Below, piece after piece: positions 42,690 through 52,462 of a stretch of 64,000 bases of DNA (positions are counted from its first letter, which is position 1; each line of letters opens with the position of its first letter). Below the pieces are notes generated by a model. It made no database searches. It was given only the letters and a program-made list of their open reading frames with translations, and was not told where the DNA came from. The DNA comes from Nitrosopumilus sp. (GTDB taxonomy: Archaea; Thermoproteota; Nitrososphaeria; Nitrososphaerales; Nitrosopumilaceae), in contig OZ241857.1 of NCBI GenBank assembly GCA_965203315.1, positions 1,504,001-1,568,000 of the forward strand, written 5' to 3'. A program made the position numbers and the translations under genes.

Positions 42690-43944
42690 CAGTACTTCCA
42701 AATGTCTCTTTAAATAACGAAAATTATATAGAAATAGAAAGATCTATAAAGGGTTTCTAAAAATAACTTTTGTTGAAAAACAAAAATGAATTAAATGGAC
42801 AGCGATTTAGAAGACATTTAGAATATTCTCGATATACTGCATTTTTAAATGATTTAGATATTCCTGTGTCTAAAAAAAATAATGCAAAGTTTGGTAAAGA
42901 AGATGTTTTATCCATTATGTTTAAAACAGCCATGTCTAAAAGTACAATAACTGGACATTCAACTTCAATGAAAATGAGGAAAAAGCGTGCTCCATCTCCA
43001 GAATATTTTAGACTATTATTCAAAAAGGCAGCAGCTGATTTTGACAACTTTAAATTTAAAAGGTCAGTAAAAAGCAACATCGCAGCATTACAAGATATGG
43101 GTCGTTGGTCTAAAGAGCCAAAAGATATAGCAATTGATCTGCACAAATATGCACGATATGATGACAAAACAGATACTAAACTATGCTATGGTCCGGTTGA
43201 CGACAGATATGCATTACATGAAAAGTACATGACAGCACAAGTCATAAACGAAGGCGAAACACTAGTTGTGTCAAAACATGCCATGTACAAAGGAGACCAA
43301 AACCCCAATTTTGTGCGTAAAATCATCAAAGATTGTGAAGATCTGCGTCTGGACATTGGTAACTGGTTGATGGATCGTGAGTTTCTTACTACACAGATCT
43401 TGCAGCTGCTGCAAGGTCGAGGTTACACATTTCTCACCATCTGTCAAAATAACGCCAAGACAAGGCGATATCTAGAAGAGTACAAACAAGGAAAACGTAA
43501 ACGAGTATCAAAACGTACGATCTCTAATGGCAAAGGCTTGTCAATGGACTATTACATGATCATAGAAGAAATTGAAAAGGATGGTAAAATAGACTACATT
43601 CCATTCGCAACAAACAATCCAAGAATTGATACAAAAAAATACGCAAAGCGATGGGTTATTGAAACTGGATATAGGGTAGTCGATAAGATGAGATTACCAA
43701 CTACAACTAAAAATGAATCAGTAAGAGATTTGTTGTTTTCTTTTTCTCTTTTGTTTTATAATGCTTGGATCATAGCACGTAACATAGATGATGAAAATGA
43801 TCCATTGAATGTTGGTTGGTGGCACATTCCTCAACTTACGTTCAGAGATCTTGTGCTAGATTACATTGAACTCTATCGAGAAAAATGGCCTCCACCAAAG
43901 ATTGCCGCTGCAGCTTGTTAATAAGCAGACAGTTGGAAGTACTG
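42690..43944 (+). mobile_element. ISH3/IS4-like element B, copy 2
   Basis: Same TIRs as copy 1; 5-bp TSD AGGCG flanks the composite 42542-43944. Confidence 0.93.
42770..43921 (+). CDS. ISH3/IS4-like DDE transposase
   Basis: Protein identical to 16874-18025. Confidence 0.92.
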   Translation: MLKNKNELNGQRFRRHLEYSRYTAFLNDLDIPVSKKNNAKFGKEDVLSIMFKTAMSKSTITGHSTSMKMRKKRAPSPEYFRLLFKKAAADFDNFKFKRSVKSNIAALQDMGRWSKEPKDIAIDLHKYARYDDKTDTKLCYGPVDDRYALHEKYMTAQVINEGETLVVSKHAMYKGDQNPNFVRKIIKDCEDLRLDIGNWLMDREFLTTQILQLLQGRGYTFLTICQNNAKTRRYLEEYKQGKRKRVSKRTISNGKGLSMDYYMIIEEIEKDGKIDYIPFATNNPRIDTKKYAKRWVIETGYRVVDKMRLPTTTKNESVRDLLFSFSLLFYNAWIIARNIDDENDPLNVGWWHIPQLTFRDLVLDYIELYREKWPPPKIAAAAC

Positions 43945-44119
43945 AGGCGTGTTTTTACTTGATCGAGAGTTCTATACGGCAGAGATATTTGAACTCTTTA
44001 GACAGATGAATCGAACATTTCTGATGCCCTGCGTACATACCAATCCAATCAAAAAAATGATCAAAGAATTTAAACAAGGAAAGCGTAGGCGAGTATCGCA
44101 GCATCATATTTCTAATAAG

Positions 44120-44403
44120 AGACCCTATTCATAATTCGGTTCTTTCTTGACACTTAGCACGATCATCCTAGCATAAACCAAAACACACACTCATCATTAT
44201 GCATATCTCTTGTTTAGTTGAATATTGATTAAAGTTATCGACGAAATATTTGATATCCTAGAGGTAAATTTACAATATGTTGTGAATTTATAGATCTGCA
44301 TACATATTAAAACTTGGTATAAATGGAATAGTCCAAATCACACACGTGGCACAAAAATATTCAAACTCCAATATTTGCCAAAATTGAATTATGAATACGG
44401 TCT
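44120..44403. mobile_element. MITE, 284 bp, AGAC ends (IS5/ISL2-related)
   Basis: TIR AGACC(C/G)TATTCATAATTC; 3-bp TSD AAG; removal restores HISNKDGLRSSYY. Confidence 0.9.
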
Positions 44404-44822
44404 AAGGATGGATTGCGTTCTAGTTATTATGTGATCATAATAGAGATCAAAAAGAAATTCAAAAAAGAGTATCTTGTATTTGCAACAAACAATCCTAGAA
44501 TAGATGTTGAAAAATATAGAAAGAGATGGGTCATTGAAACTGGATATCGTGACATTAACGATATGAGATTAAAGACTTCTAGTTATGATCACAGAGTACG
44601 AGAATTGATGTTTATTTTCAGTGTATTGTTTTACAACGCATGGATTCTGGCACGAAACATACAATGCGAAGACGATCTCTTTGATTATTGCAATCAAATT
44701 ACTGCACTTGTTTTTCTAGAAATGACATACGAATACATCAAATCGTTTATTGACCCAGAGATCGAACCAGAGCCACCACCAAAACCTGCGGTGGCGTGTT
44801 GAATACACAATTGGGTAAACTG

Positions 44823-44915
44823 TACGATAGCTGATGTGAGGCCGTTTCCGTATTTTGTAAAATTTTTCGAGAATTTTGGGCAGAAAACACCAACCCACGT
44901 CAATTGAACAGAACC
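44823..44915. mobile_element. Right half of a GGTTCTG-family MITE
   Basis: Matches about 35929-36021. Confidence 0.85.
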
Positions 44916-45066
44916 ATTATGAGACATTTGAAGATATGGGAGCCGAAGTTTTGAATTATCTGACAGATACACAATTTGGACATTTTACAGTATTTCCACA
45001 GAGATGTAATAATGTGAAATGACTTATTTCGAGCACTATATAAACTATAAGTAATTTAATGTATTA

Positions 45067-48000
45067 TTGACAATAAAATTCTTGAATGAAGATGAGGAAA
45101 GGCTGCATAATTCATTAGCGAAAATTAATTCGAGATTACCGAACGTGTTTTATTCAATATTCGTTGTTTTGCGTCAACAACCACCCAAACAAACAAAAAT
45201 TTCAAAAGATCCAAATACAAAACCAACACCGAAATTACAAATGACCGGAACACCCAACCCTGGAAATAACATCGAAGAAAATCCAGATCGGGTCTCACAG
45301 TCTGCACATTCGGCTAGAGAAACATTAAATCTCATACTCCGAGACCTAAAATTAAAGGCAGATTCCGATACATCTACAAAAAACTGTTCAAATGAAAAGT
45401 CTAAACAAAAAAATAATATTCAAAAATTAGTAGATCTGTATGCCTACGCGCCTAATACTAATCCCTCTTTTCGAAACGAACTCACAGACAGGATTCTCGA
45501 TTTATATGGTTTATTCGTTAGTATATCTCACCATCGCGATAACCCTATATCTGAACAAGAATATTCAATTAAATTAGAAACATACGTAAAATTATTAAAT
45601 TATGTTTTTGACAATCATTATAAAGTAAAACAAGAAATGGAACAAATACTAGAAATACAAAATCCTAATAAAAATGATCTAGAGAAATTAAAGCCTTTGT
45701 TGAGTAAAAATAGGCAATTGTATAGGGATTTCTTTGACAATGCAAAAAGTAATTGGTTAGAACTGTTGATATCTGAAAAGTATTTTGAAAAAATTCCAAA
45801 TTTAAATGAAGATAATCCTGATTGGCCAGAATATTATTATTTGGAACGTATTGCTGTAGAAAAACCTGAACAAATAAAAAATATTATTTTAAAAATTAAC
45901 ATAACAAAATCAGAGTTAGTAACTGTTCATCAAGTGTTGTGTAATTTAATTCGTGCAGCAATTAAAATGCCACCAAATATAGCAAAAGAAGTAGCTAAAA
46001 AAGCAATAAAAAAATGGTATAAAGAATCTACAAGTCAATTTTTGGTACATGATTTAACAAATTTAATGCATCATCTGATCGATCAAGAATTTCAAACAGC
46101 ATTAGATATTTATTTTGTATTAATAGATGTAAAACCAGATCCGGACAAATCGGACGCTGATAACTCTGATTTTTTAAATAATATGGGACAACGTCTTGTT
46201 CCTATGATAAACATTAATGTTTATGAAGATATTTTAAAAAAATATACGCCATTATTGTGTGATGTTGATTATGATTCTGTTCTGGAGAAGCTAATAGAAA
46301 AATTAGTGAAAGCTAATAGTCTCGCAAACAAAATATACTTATTTCCTAAAGAATCACATTATGATGAATCAAATGCTTGGAGAGCTGCAATAGAAGAACA
46401 TGAACGAAACTATAAACTTGATCCACGTTCTCATTTAGTTACTGCCATTCGTCAAACACTAGAAAAATCTGAATATGTGGGAATCGCTAGTCTTAAAAAA
46501 TCATTAGAAATACTAAAATGTAGAAAACGTGATTACCACATCTTCAGTAGACTAGAGATGTATTTTTTTGGTAGACATCCTTTAGACTTTTCAGATGAAG
46601 TTGATAGATTAATTTCTGAATATTTTGACAATAATAACTTCAAACATGAATATTATTATTTGTTGCATAACAACTATCCTCATTTAAAATATGAAACGCA
46701 AAAAAGTATTAAGGAGATGATTTCTAGAGGACCTGATCCTAGTAAGTATAAACGATCTGATGAGAAATTCACAGAATATAAAGAAATATGGAAGATCGAA
46801 AAACTTTATCCGATTATTGACTATCTTCCAGAATTGAAAAAAGAATTTGACTCACTTGTACAAAAACACGGAAAACCCTCGAATATAGACTTTAGTCGTT
46901 ATCCAACACGTGTTTATAGAGAACAACCACCTCCTTCAGAATTGAATGAATCTATGTCAGTGCTCGAAGTCATAGAATTCATACATTCGTACAAAATACC
47001 TGACGAAATATCGTTTTTAGAAGATAGCACAGGGAGAAAATTTAGAGAACTTGTCAAAAAAAATTCTAAAGAATATTCTCAACATGCAATGAAATTACAA
47101 TCTTGTCATGGATTGTTTCAGTTTAGATTTCTAGAGGGGTTGTCAAATAGTAGAAACGTAGATTGGCACACTGTATTTGATTTATGTGAATTAATTATAG
47201 TTGATTCTCCATCTAAAGATCATAGTATTTTACATTGGGTGTTGATTTATTTTGGTGATATACTAAAAAATAATTTACATAGCGATAAAAGTACCATACA
47301 ATTCAATTTACGAAATAAAATATGGAATATTTTAGAAAAGGCAATCGAAATAGCACCAGACGACAAAATAGAATCAGACCGATATTCTGCTGGAGATCAA
47401 GATGCAATGTTTATCGCAGATAACACAAGTATTGGAATACTTATATGGGCTTTAATGGAATATGCAATTTGGTGTTCAAAAGAAATTAAAAATAAAGAAA
47501 ATCCTCACATTCTAGTCCCAGAAGTCAAAAAACTTTTAGAATTAAAACTCGATCCTAAAAATGACCAATCTGTTTCTTTTCATACAATGTTGGGTTATTA
47601 TTTTCCTAATCTCTTATTACTTGACAAAGATTGGACAAAATCAAATATAAGTTTAATTTTTAATCATAGCCCACTTCATATCAATGTCGGTAATGCTGCA
47701 TGGGATGGATATACATTACGAGCTATTTATGAAGCAAGTTATGATGTGTTATTTGACGAATATAAATATAGAATTTCTAATATTATTGATAAAGACATGT
47801 TGACTGTAAAAGACACATCGAGGAGTTTAACTCAACAAATCGCATTAATTTGTCTTAATGATTTAAATCGACATAAAGAATTATTTATACTGTTTTTAAC
47901 AAAATCAAATCCTGTATTAGTAAAGGAATATCTTGAATATGTGGGTCATATTATAGAGGTCTGGGATGATACAAAGCCACCAAAAATAGATATTTTTGAA

Positions 48001-48381
48001 TTATTATCTCACAATGAAATAAAATCAAATCCAAATATGGGGTGGTTATTTTTAACATCAGTGGTACCAAATTCAGAATATCTTACACTATTAAAATCAG
48101 TGCTTATTGAAACAAAAGGAGAGATTTATCCATTATATAGATTGGTAAAAAAAATTAACTCGTTTGTAGAATATTATCCTATAGAAGTACTTGAATGTAT
48201 TGAAAAAATAATCAAATATGATCAAATACATGACATGATGTTTATGATATTAAATGATCTTGATGATATGTTCTCAAAAATTACTGTGCGTAAAAATAAA
48301 CAAGCAATTGATAAAATGAATCAAATAATAAATATCTTGGGTTCTTTAGGATATGATCAATTTAGAAAATTTTATGGTTAG
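45067..48381 (+). CDS. Large protein: N-terminal HEPN-like domain plus long helical region (putative defence sensor-effector)
   Basis: NPDRVSQSAHSARE...FVSISHH; NWLELL...DWPEYYYLERIA; halves are homologous to 59615-60058 and 58241-59605. Confidence 0.75.
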   Translation: MTIKFLNEDEERLHNSLAKINSRLPNVFYSIFVVLRQQPPKQTKISKDPNTKPTPKLQMTGTPNPGNNIEENPDRVSQSAHSARETLNLILRDLKLKADSDTSTKNCSNEKSKQKNNIQKLVDLYAYAPNTNPSFRNELTDRILDLYGLFVSISHHRDNPISEQEYSIKLETYVKLLNYVFDNHYKVKQEMEQILEIQNPNKNDLEKLKPLLSKNRQLYRDFFDNAKSNWLELLISEKYFEKIPNLNEDNPDWPEYYYLERIAVEKPEQIKNIILKINITKSELVTVHQVLCNLIRAAIKMPPNIAKEVAKKAIKKWYKESTSQFLVHDLTNLMHHLIDQEFQTALDIYFVLIDVKPDPDKSDADNSDFLNNMGQRLVPMININVYEDILKKYTPLLCDVDYDSVLEKLIEKLVKANSLANKIYLFPKESHYDESNAWRAAIEEHERNYKLDPRSHLVTAIRQTLEKSEYVGIASLKKSLEILKCRKRDYHIFSRLEMYFFGRHPLDFSDEVDRLISEYFDNNNFKHEYYYLLHNNYPHLKYETQKSIKEMISRGPDPSKYKRSDEKFTEYKEIWKIEKLYPIIDYLPELKKEFDSLVQKHGKPSNIDFSRYPTRVYREQPPPSELNESMSVLEVIEFIHSYKIPDEISFLEDSTGRKFRELVKKNSKEYSQHAMKLQSCHGLFQFRFLEGLSNSRNVDWHTVFDLCELIIVDSPSKDHSILHWVLIYFGDILKNNLHSDKSTIQFNLRNKIWNILEKAIEIAPDDKIESDRYSAGDQDAMFIADNTSIGILIWALMEYAIWCSKEIKNKENPHILVPEVKKLLELKLDPKNDQSVSFHTMLGYYFPNLLLLDKDWTKSNISLIFNHSPLHINVGNAAWDGYTLRAIYEASYDVLFDEYKYRISNIIDKDMLTVKDTSRSLTQQIALICLNDLNRHKELFILFLTKSNPVLVKEYLEYVGHIIEVWDDTKPPKIDIFELLSHNEIKSNPNMGWLFLTSVVPNSEYLTLLKSVLIETKGEIYPLYRLVKKINSFVEYYPIEVLECIEKIIKYDQIHDMMFMILNDLDDMFSKITVRKNKQAIDKMNQIINILGSLGYDQFRKFYG

Positions 48382-48391
48382 GTACTTTCTA

Positions 48392-48470
48392 GAATCTTTT
48401 CGATTTATACGGGATGGCGTTTCGCAAGGCTTTTTCTGTAACCATTCTATACCAGTAAACCGAAAATGTC
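48392..48470. mobile_element. Degenerate short MITE, GGATCT family
   Basis: GAATCTTTTCGATTTA...GTAAACCGAAAATGTC. Confidence 0.65.
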
Positions 48471-48518
48471 ACATGCTCTCTTCAATTAAAAGTCAAGATG
48501 ACCTAACAATCTAATAGC

Positions 48519-49433
48519 TCAACTATTTGAACCAGTCTTTAGTTTTAAGAGCATACTGCACGCAGAGCATATCTCTCCTGTACAATCGTTTCCACATCTT
48601 GTACAGGTGCCTCTCTGTTTGTGACTAGCAGTCTTTACTATTTCTGATACCTTTGTAATTGACTGGTATAGGTTGTTCTTGATCCCACTATGTTGCGTCT
48701 CTAGCGAGTTGAGAAACTCACGAATCTCTGTTCGTATTCCTTCATTCATGTGTGGACAAGGCTCTGTCTGAAATGGTATATTGTTTGTAAACGCGTAAAA
48801 TACGATCTCTGACTCGTATATCTCACAGAACGGTTTTATCTTTCTTGGTGGAATAGCTGCAACGTTGGGACCAGTCCACCCAATCCTGTTCGTATCTCCT
48901 GACAACATGTTTATCACAAAAGTCTGTAATGTGTCATCGAGATTGTGACCGGTAGCGATGGCACTAGCCCCCAAGTCTCTTGCAGCAAAGTCCATAGCAC
49001 GTCTTCGTAGTGTACCGCATATAGAACAAGACGACATTCTATCATCTCTGATCTCCAGAGACTCTGATAGTGTCACATCAAAGAGATCCTTGTACGAGTA
49101 TACGTTGTACTCTATGTCTAGTTTGTTGCAAAACTTGGCAACTAGGTCTAACGCCTCTTCTCTGTATCCTGGTATTCCCTCATCGATAGTGATCACTCTG
49201 ATATCAAAGTTGTGTCTGTCAGATATCTTGTGCATTACATCCAGTAGTGTTAACGAGTCCTTACCACCAGATACTGCAACTGCTACTAGATCACCTCTCT
49301 GTATCATGTTGTACTTTGATATGGTCTTTGTCGTCTTGCGTACTATGGATGTAGAGAAACATCCAGAACACAGTCTTGTCCCAGAATACTTTCTGGTGTA
49401 TGCTGCGATACCATCACATTTGTCACACTTCAA
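48519..49433 (-). CDS. tRNA 2-thiolation protein (TtuA/Ncs6, TIGR00269)
   Basis: CDKC..CSGC, VSGGKDS, CSICGTLRR, TGHNLDD, C-terminal Zn finger. Confidence 0.92.
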   Translation of the reverse strand: MKCDKCDGIAAYTRKYSGTRLCSGCFSTSIVRKTTKTISKYNMIQRGDLVAVAVSGGKDSLTLLDVMHKISDRHNFDIRVITIDEGIPGYREEALDLVAKFCNKLDIEYNVYSYKDLFDVTLSESLEIRDDRMSSCSICGTLRRRAMDFAARDLGASAIATGHNLDDTLQTFVINMLSGDTNRIGWTGPNVAAIPPRKIKPFCEIYESEIVFYAFTNNIPFQTEPCPHMNEGIRTEIREFLNSLETQHSGIKNNLYQSITKVSEIVKTASHKQRGTCTRCGNDCTGEICSACSMLLKLKTGSNS

Positions 49434-49442
49434 CTATATCGC

Positions 49443-50639
49443 CTATATTGTAAACCAACCAGACTTGATATATGATAATGCTATGTTTAGTCCAAACACG
49501 ATAAAAGTGAACGCATAGATTCCCCACATTACTCCATTTACTGCACTATCTGACATCTTTTTATCGATTATACTGTGAATGAACTTGCCTCCGTCTAGTA
49601 TTGGTAGCGGTAACATGTTGATTATTCCAATAAAGAACGATATCATCCACAACCACAAGAGAAACATCGATACATTAGGATCTCCCCACTCGATATAATC
49701 CAGTACAGGTTTGTATCCTATGTTGTTGTCTCGCATTATTCCTATCAGTCCTATGTTGGGATCATCTTTTGATGGTGTGATTAAAACATCGAATGTCATC
49801 GGTGTGTCGCCTCGGAGTATACCGACACTTGCAGTATCACCGGGACTCAGACGAGGAAAGTCCGCCGCACTAGATATCTGTTTATCGTTTATAGATACGA
49901 TGATGTCGTTGGCTGCAAGACCTGCTGTCTGTGCACCAGATCCATCGATTATAGAGAGTACGGTTACACCTAGAGGCAGTTCATAAAATGCACCGAGTAT
50001 CGGCTCTGGCAAGACTATGGCAAAGAGTGGATTTGTGAGTAGTATCGCTCCCAAGACTAGAGCAAATATCACGTTTGATGTAGCACCTGCTCCTATAACT
50101 CGTAGTTTGGATATCTTTTTTGCCTTGTTAAACTCTTCTTCATCTGGCTCTACAAATCCCGCAAACATTGCGATAAATATCGCAAATCCCCCAGTCTTGA
50201 TCTTTATCTTTTCTAGTGCAGCTACTATTCCGTGAGCACCCTCATGTACAACCAGTACGATCGGAATAGAGAGCAAAAAGTATGCAATGGCAGAAGGAGA
50301 CGTCAGTGTAACACCTGGTATCAGTACGGTCAGTTCGGCAAACTCGGTCTCTGCGACAAAATAGTTGCCTACATTGTTCAATAGAAACCAGAACGCAAAC
50401 CCCATCATCAGAAATCCAGCTATGACGCTGGTATCTGCAAAGACTCGTATCCCACGTCTAGTTCTACCTAGTAGTCGTACCAGTATGTCGTTGACGCTCT
50501 TGTTCTTGTATACTAGACTGTACGCCTTTATCTCGAATCCAAATCGCTCAAACTTGAGACCCTTTGCTACGACAAGAATCACAACCCAAGCAATCAGAAC
50601 ATACACTATTGCATTTTGAGTTATAAAATCAAGTTCCAA
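49443..50639 (-). CDS. Site-2 protease (M50) with PDZ domain
   Basis: HEGAH, GFVEPDEE, AGATSN, NMLPLPILDGG. Confidence 0.93.
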   Translation of the reverse strand: MELDFITQNAIVYVLIAWVVILVVAKGLKFERFGFEIKAYSLVYKNKSVNDILVRLLGRTRRGIRVFADTSVIAGFLMMGFAFWFLLNNVGNYFVAETEFAELTVLIPGVTLTSPSAIAYFLLSIPIVLVVHEGAHGIVAALEKIKIKTGGFAIFIAMFAGFVEPDEEEFNKAKKISKLRVIGAGATSNVIFALVLGAILLTNPLFAIVLPEPILGAFYELPLGVTVLSIIDGSGAQTAGLAANDIIVSINDKQISSAADFPRLSPGDTASVGILRGDTPMTFDVLITPSKDDPNIGLIGIMRDNNIGYKPVLDYIEWGDPNVSMFLLWLWMISFFIGIINMLPLPILDGGKFIHSIIDKKMSDSAVNGVMWGIYAFTFIVFGLNIALSYIKSGWFTI

Positions 50640-50681
50640 TTGTTTGTTAGTTTTTTAAACTAGCACCATTTATCAGTTGCT

Positions 50682-50999
50682 ATGGAGAGTAACATCAGGC
50701 CAGCCATGATCGTATCTACGTATCCTGATATGCGGACTATAAAGGATATAGCAAAGTCTCTTGTTGAGGAGCGACTATGTGCCTGTGTGAATATTATACC
50801 GATAACGTCTGTATACAGATGGCAGAGCGCTATACAAGATACGCCAGAGTATCTAGGTATATTCAAGACCACGTCTGCAAAGTTGTCTGCACTGCGAGAG
50901 AGAGTATCTGAGACTCATCCGTATGATGTTCCCGAGATAGCCGAGCTAGATATGGTGTCATTGAATGAGAGCTATCTCAAGTGGCTGATCGAGTCCTAG
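50682..50999 (+). CDS. cutA: Divalent-cation tolerance protein CutA
   Basis: LVEERLCACVNI, SVYRWQ, HPYDVPEI, YLKW. Confidence 0.93.
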   Translation: MESNIRPAMIVSTYPDMRTIKDIAKSLVEERLCACVNIIPITSVYRWQSAIQDTPEYLGIFKTTSAKLSALRERVSETHPYDVPEIAELDMVSLNESYLKWLIES

Positions 51000-52021
51000 T
51001 TGATCGCATAGCGTAGTGTCGATACTATTCCACCAAGTCCAGTAACTCGTAGACCGATATCTGTTGTACTGTCTACTCCGTATGTCTCTACACCTTTTGT
51101 TGTACAGTCATTTAACAGCTGAATCACACCCTCTTCGTTCTGCTGTATTATATGATCAGAGAATACTATGGATTCTACTGCACCCAACTGGTTTGCATGT
51201 ACGGTGTCGTTGTATCCCATTGTAAACTTTTTACTCTTTTTATGTACTGATATCATGATATCGTCTATTATGCTAGATACCTTTGCGAGTTTACTGTCAG
51301 ATATTATCTCTCTCATGGCTTGAGATTTAGTGAACGTGTATATGCCGTCTTCACCACCCGAGTCGATACCTTCTACCATCTGTATGGATAGACTCGTATT
51401 TGTACGCATATGGTTTACGAGTCGATTCTTTGTGTTTCCTGGTCCAAATACCAGTATCTTGTCTCTCTGTATGGCTAGTATGGACTGTAGTATATTGTGA
51501 AAGAACTTTTCTGTGGTATAGTTGGTCTTGTATCTCTTGCCGCCTGCTCCAGAGTATATGTTTGGTAGAAACTCTAAATGTGTTCCGTATAGTCTTGCTA
51601 TGCCACACTCGCCAGAGTCTATCGCGACTAGAACAAATTCGATCTTGTTGACTGGTTTTACTAGTCTGCGTTGTGTATCTGACCAGTATCTCTTTGAGAT
51701 TACAATGTGATTGCCTATTTGTACTGTAAGAGAGTGATGTGATCCATGTGGGATGGCTTCGTTGCTAGACTCTGTGATTCTACCTGATATGCGTAGTCTA
51801 TCTAGATTGTACAGTGTAATCTTTTCAACTAGTAGCGATATCTTGACCTTTACTCGTTCGCCTTTATCTGGTCTGGAATAGTCTCTGTCTTGTTTTATGA
51901 CTCGCGTGGTATCGCCTATTATTGTATCGCCTGGTACAATTACGCGACGTATGTTTAATAGATCGTCCGAGTCTTCGGGGGATACTGCAGTCAGATTCTC
52001 GTTTATCGTCTTTGTGATCAT
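50996..52021 (-). CDS. pelA: mRNA surveillance protein pelota
   Basis: PEDSDDLL, TTRVIK, RLRISGRI, HGSHH, GPGNTK, LGGIVSTLRY. Confidence 0.93.
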   Translation of the reverse strand: MITKTINENLTAVSPEDSDDLLNIRRVIVPGDTIIGDTTRVIKQDRDYSRPDKGERVKVKISLLVEKITLYNLDRLRISGRITESSNEAIPHGSHHSLTVQIGNHIVISKRYWSDTQRRLVKPVNKIEFVLVAIDSGECGIARLYGTHLEFLPNIYSGAGGKRYKTNYTTEKFFHNILQSILAIQRDKILVFGPGNTKNRLVNHMRTNTSLSIQMVEGIDSGGEDGIYTFTKSQAMREIISDSKLAKVSSIIDDIMISVHKKSKKFTMGYNDTVHANQLGAVESIVFSDHIIQQNEEGVIQLLNDCTTKGVETYGVDSTTDIGLRVTGLGGIVSTLRYAIN

Positions 52022-52074
52022 TGTAGTGTTGTGTTGTGAAATAGACATTAAAGGTTATGTAAGGTTGTGTCTAA

Positions 52075-52183
52075 GGATCGATTTACGTGGGATGGAATTT
52101 TTACAAAAAAGTACAAGACTTCATAAGAGCATTTTAGGTAAAAAGTCTTACAAAATACAATCCCACATAAATCGAAAAGATCC
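52075..52183. mobile_element. MITE, GGATCT family
   Basis: GGATCGATTTACGTGGGAT...ATCCCACATAAATCGAAAAGATCC. Confidence 0.8.
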
Positions 52184-52462
52184 CACTACATTTATTACCT
52201 AGAACTCATTTTGAGTTTATGCTCTACTTTGAATGTTTACACATTCTTTATATTTGCAGGTCTGAAGTTTTCTAGTGGTGCATAACGCATATATGCTAGT
52301 CAATAAAATAACAGCATCAACTAAAATCGATCTAGAGATTAACTTTTTGCTATAGAATATTGCATAACTATTAACTACATTTGATTCTGTGGAAAAAATT
52401 GTAATGTGAATTTGTTTTGTCCTCGACTATATCTAATAAATCATCCACATTAGAGTTAATTG

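Larger units (their letters stand above)
42244..44822 (+). mobile_element. ISH3-like element C, 5'-truncated, transposase broken by element B and a MITE
   Basis: IAIDMH (42.3k) | FLLDREF (43.95k) | YRKRWVIETGYR (44.5k); right TIR CAATTGGGTAAACTG. Confidence 0.87.
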
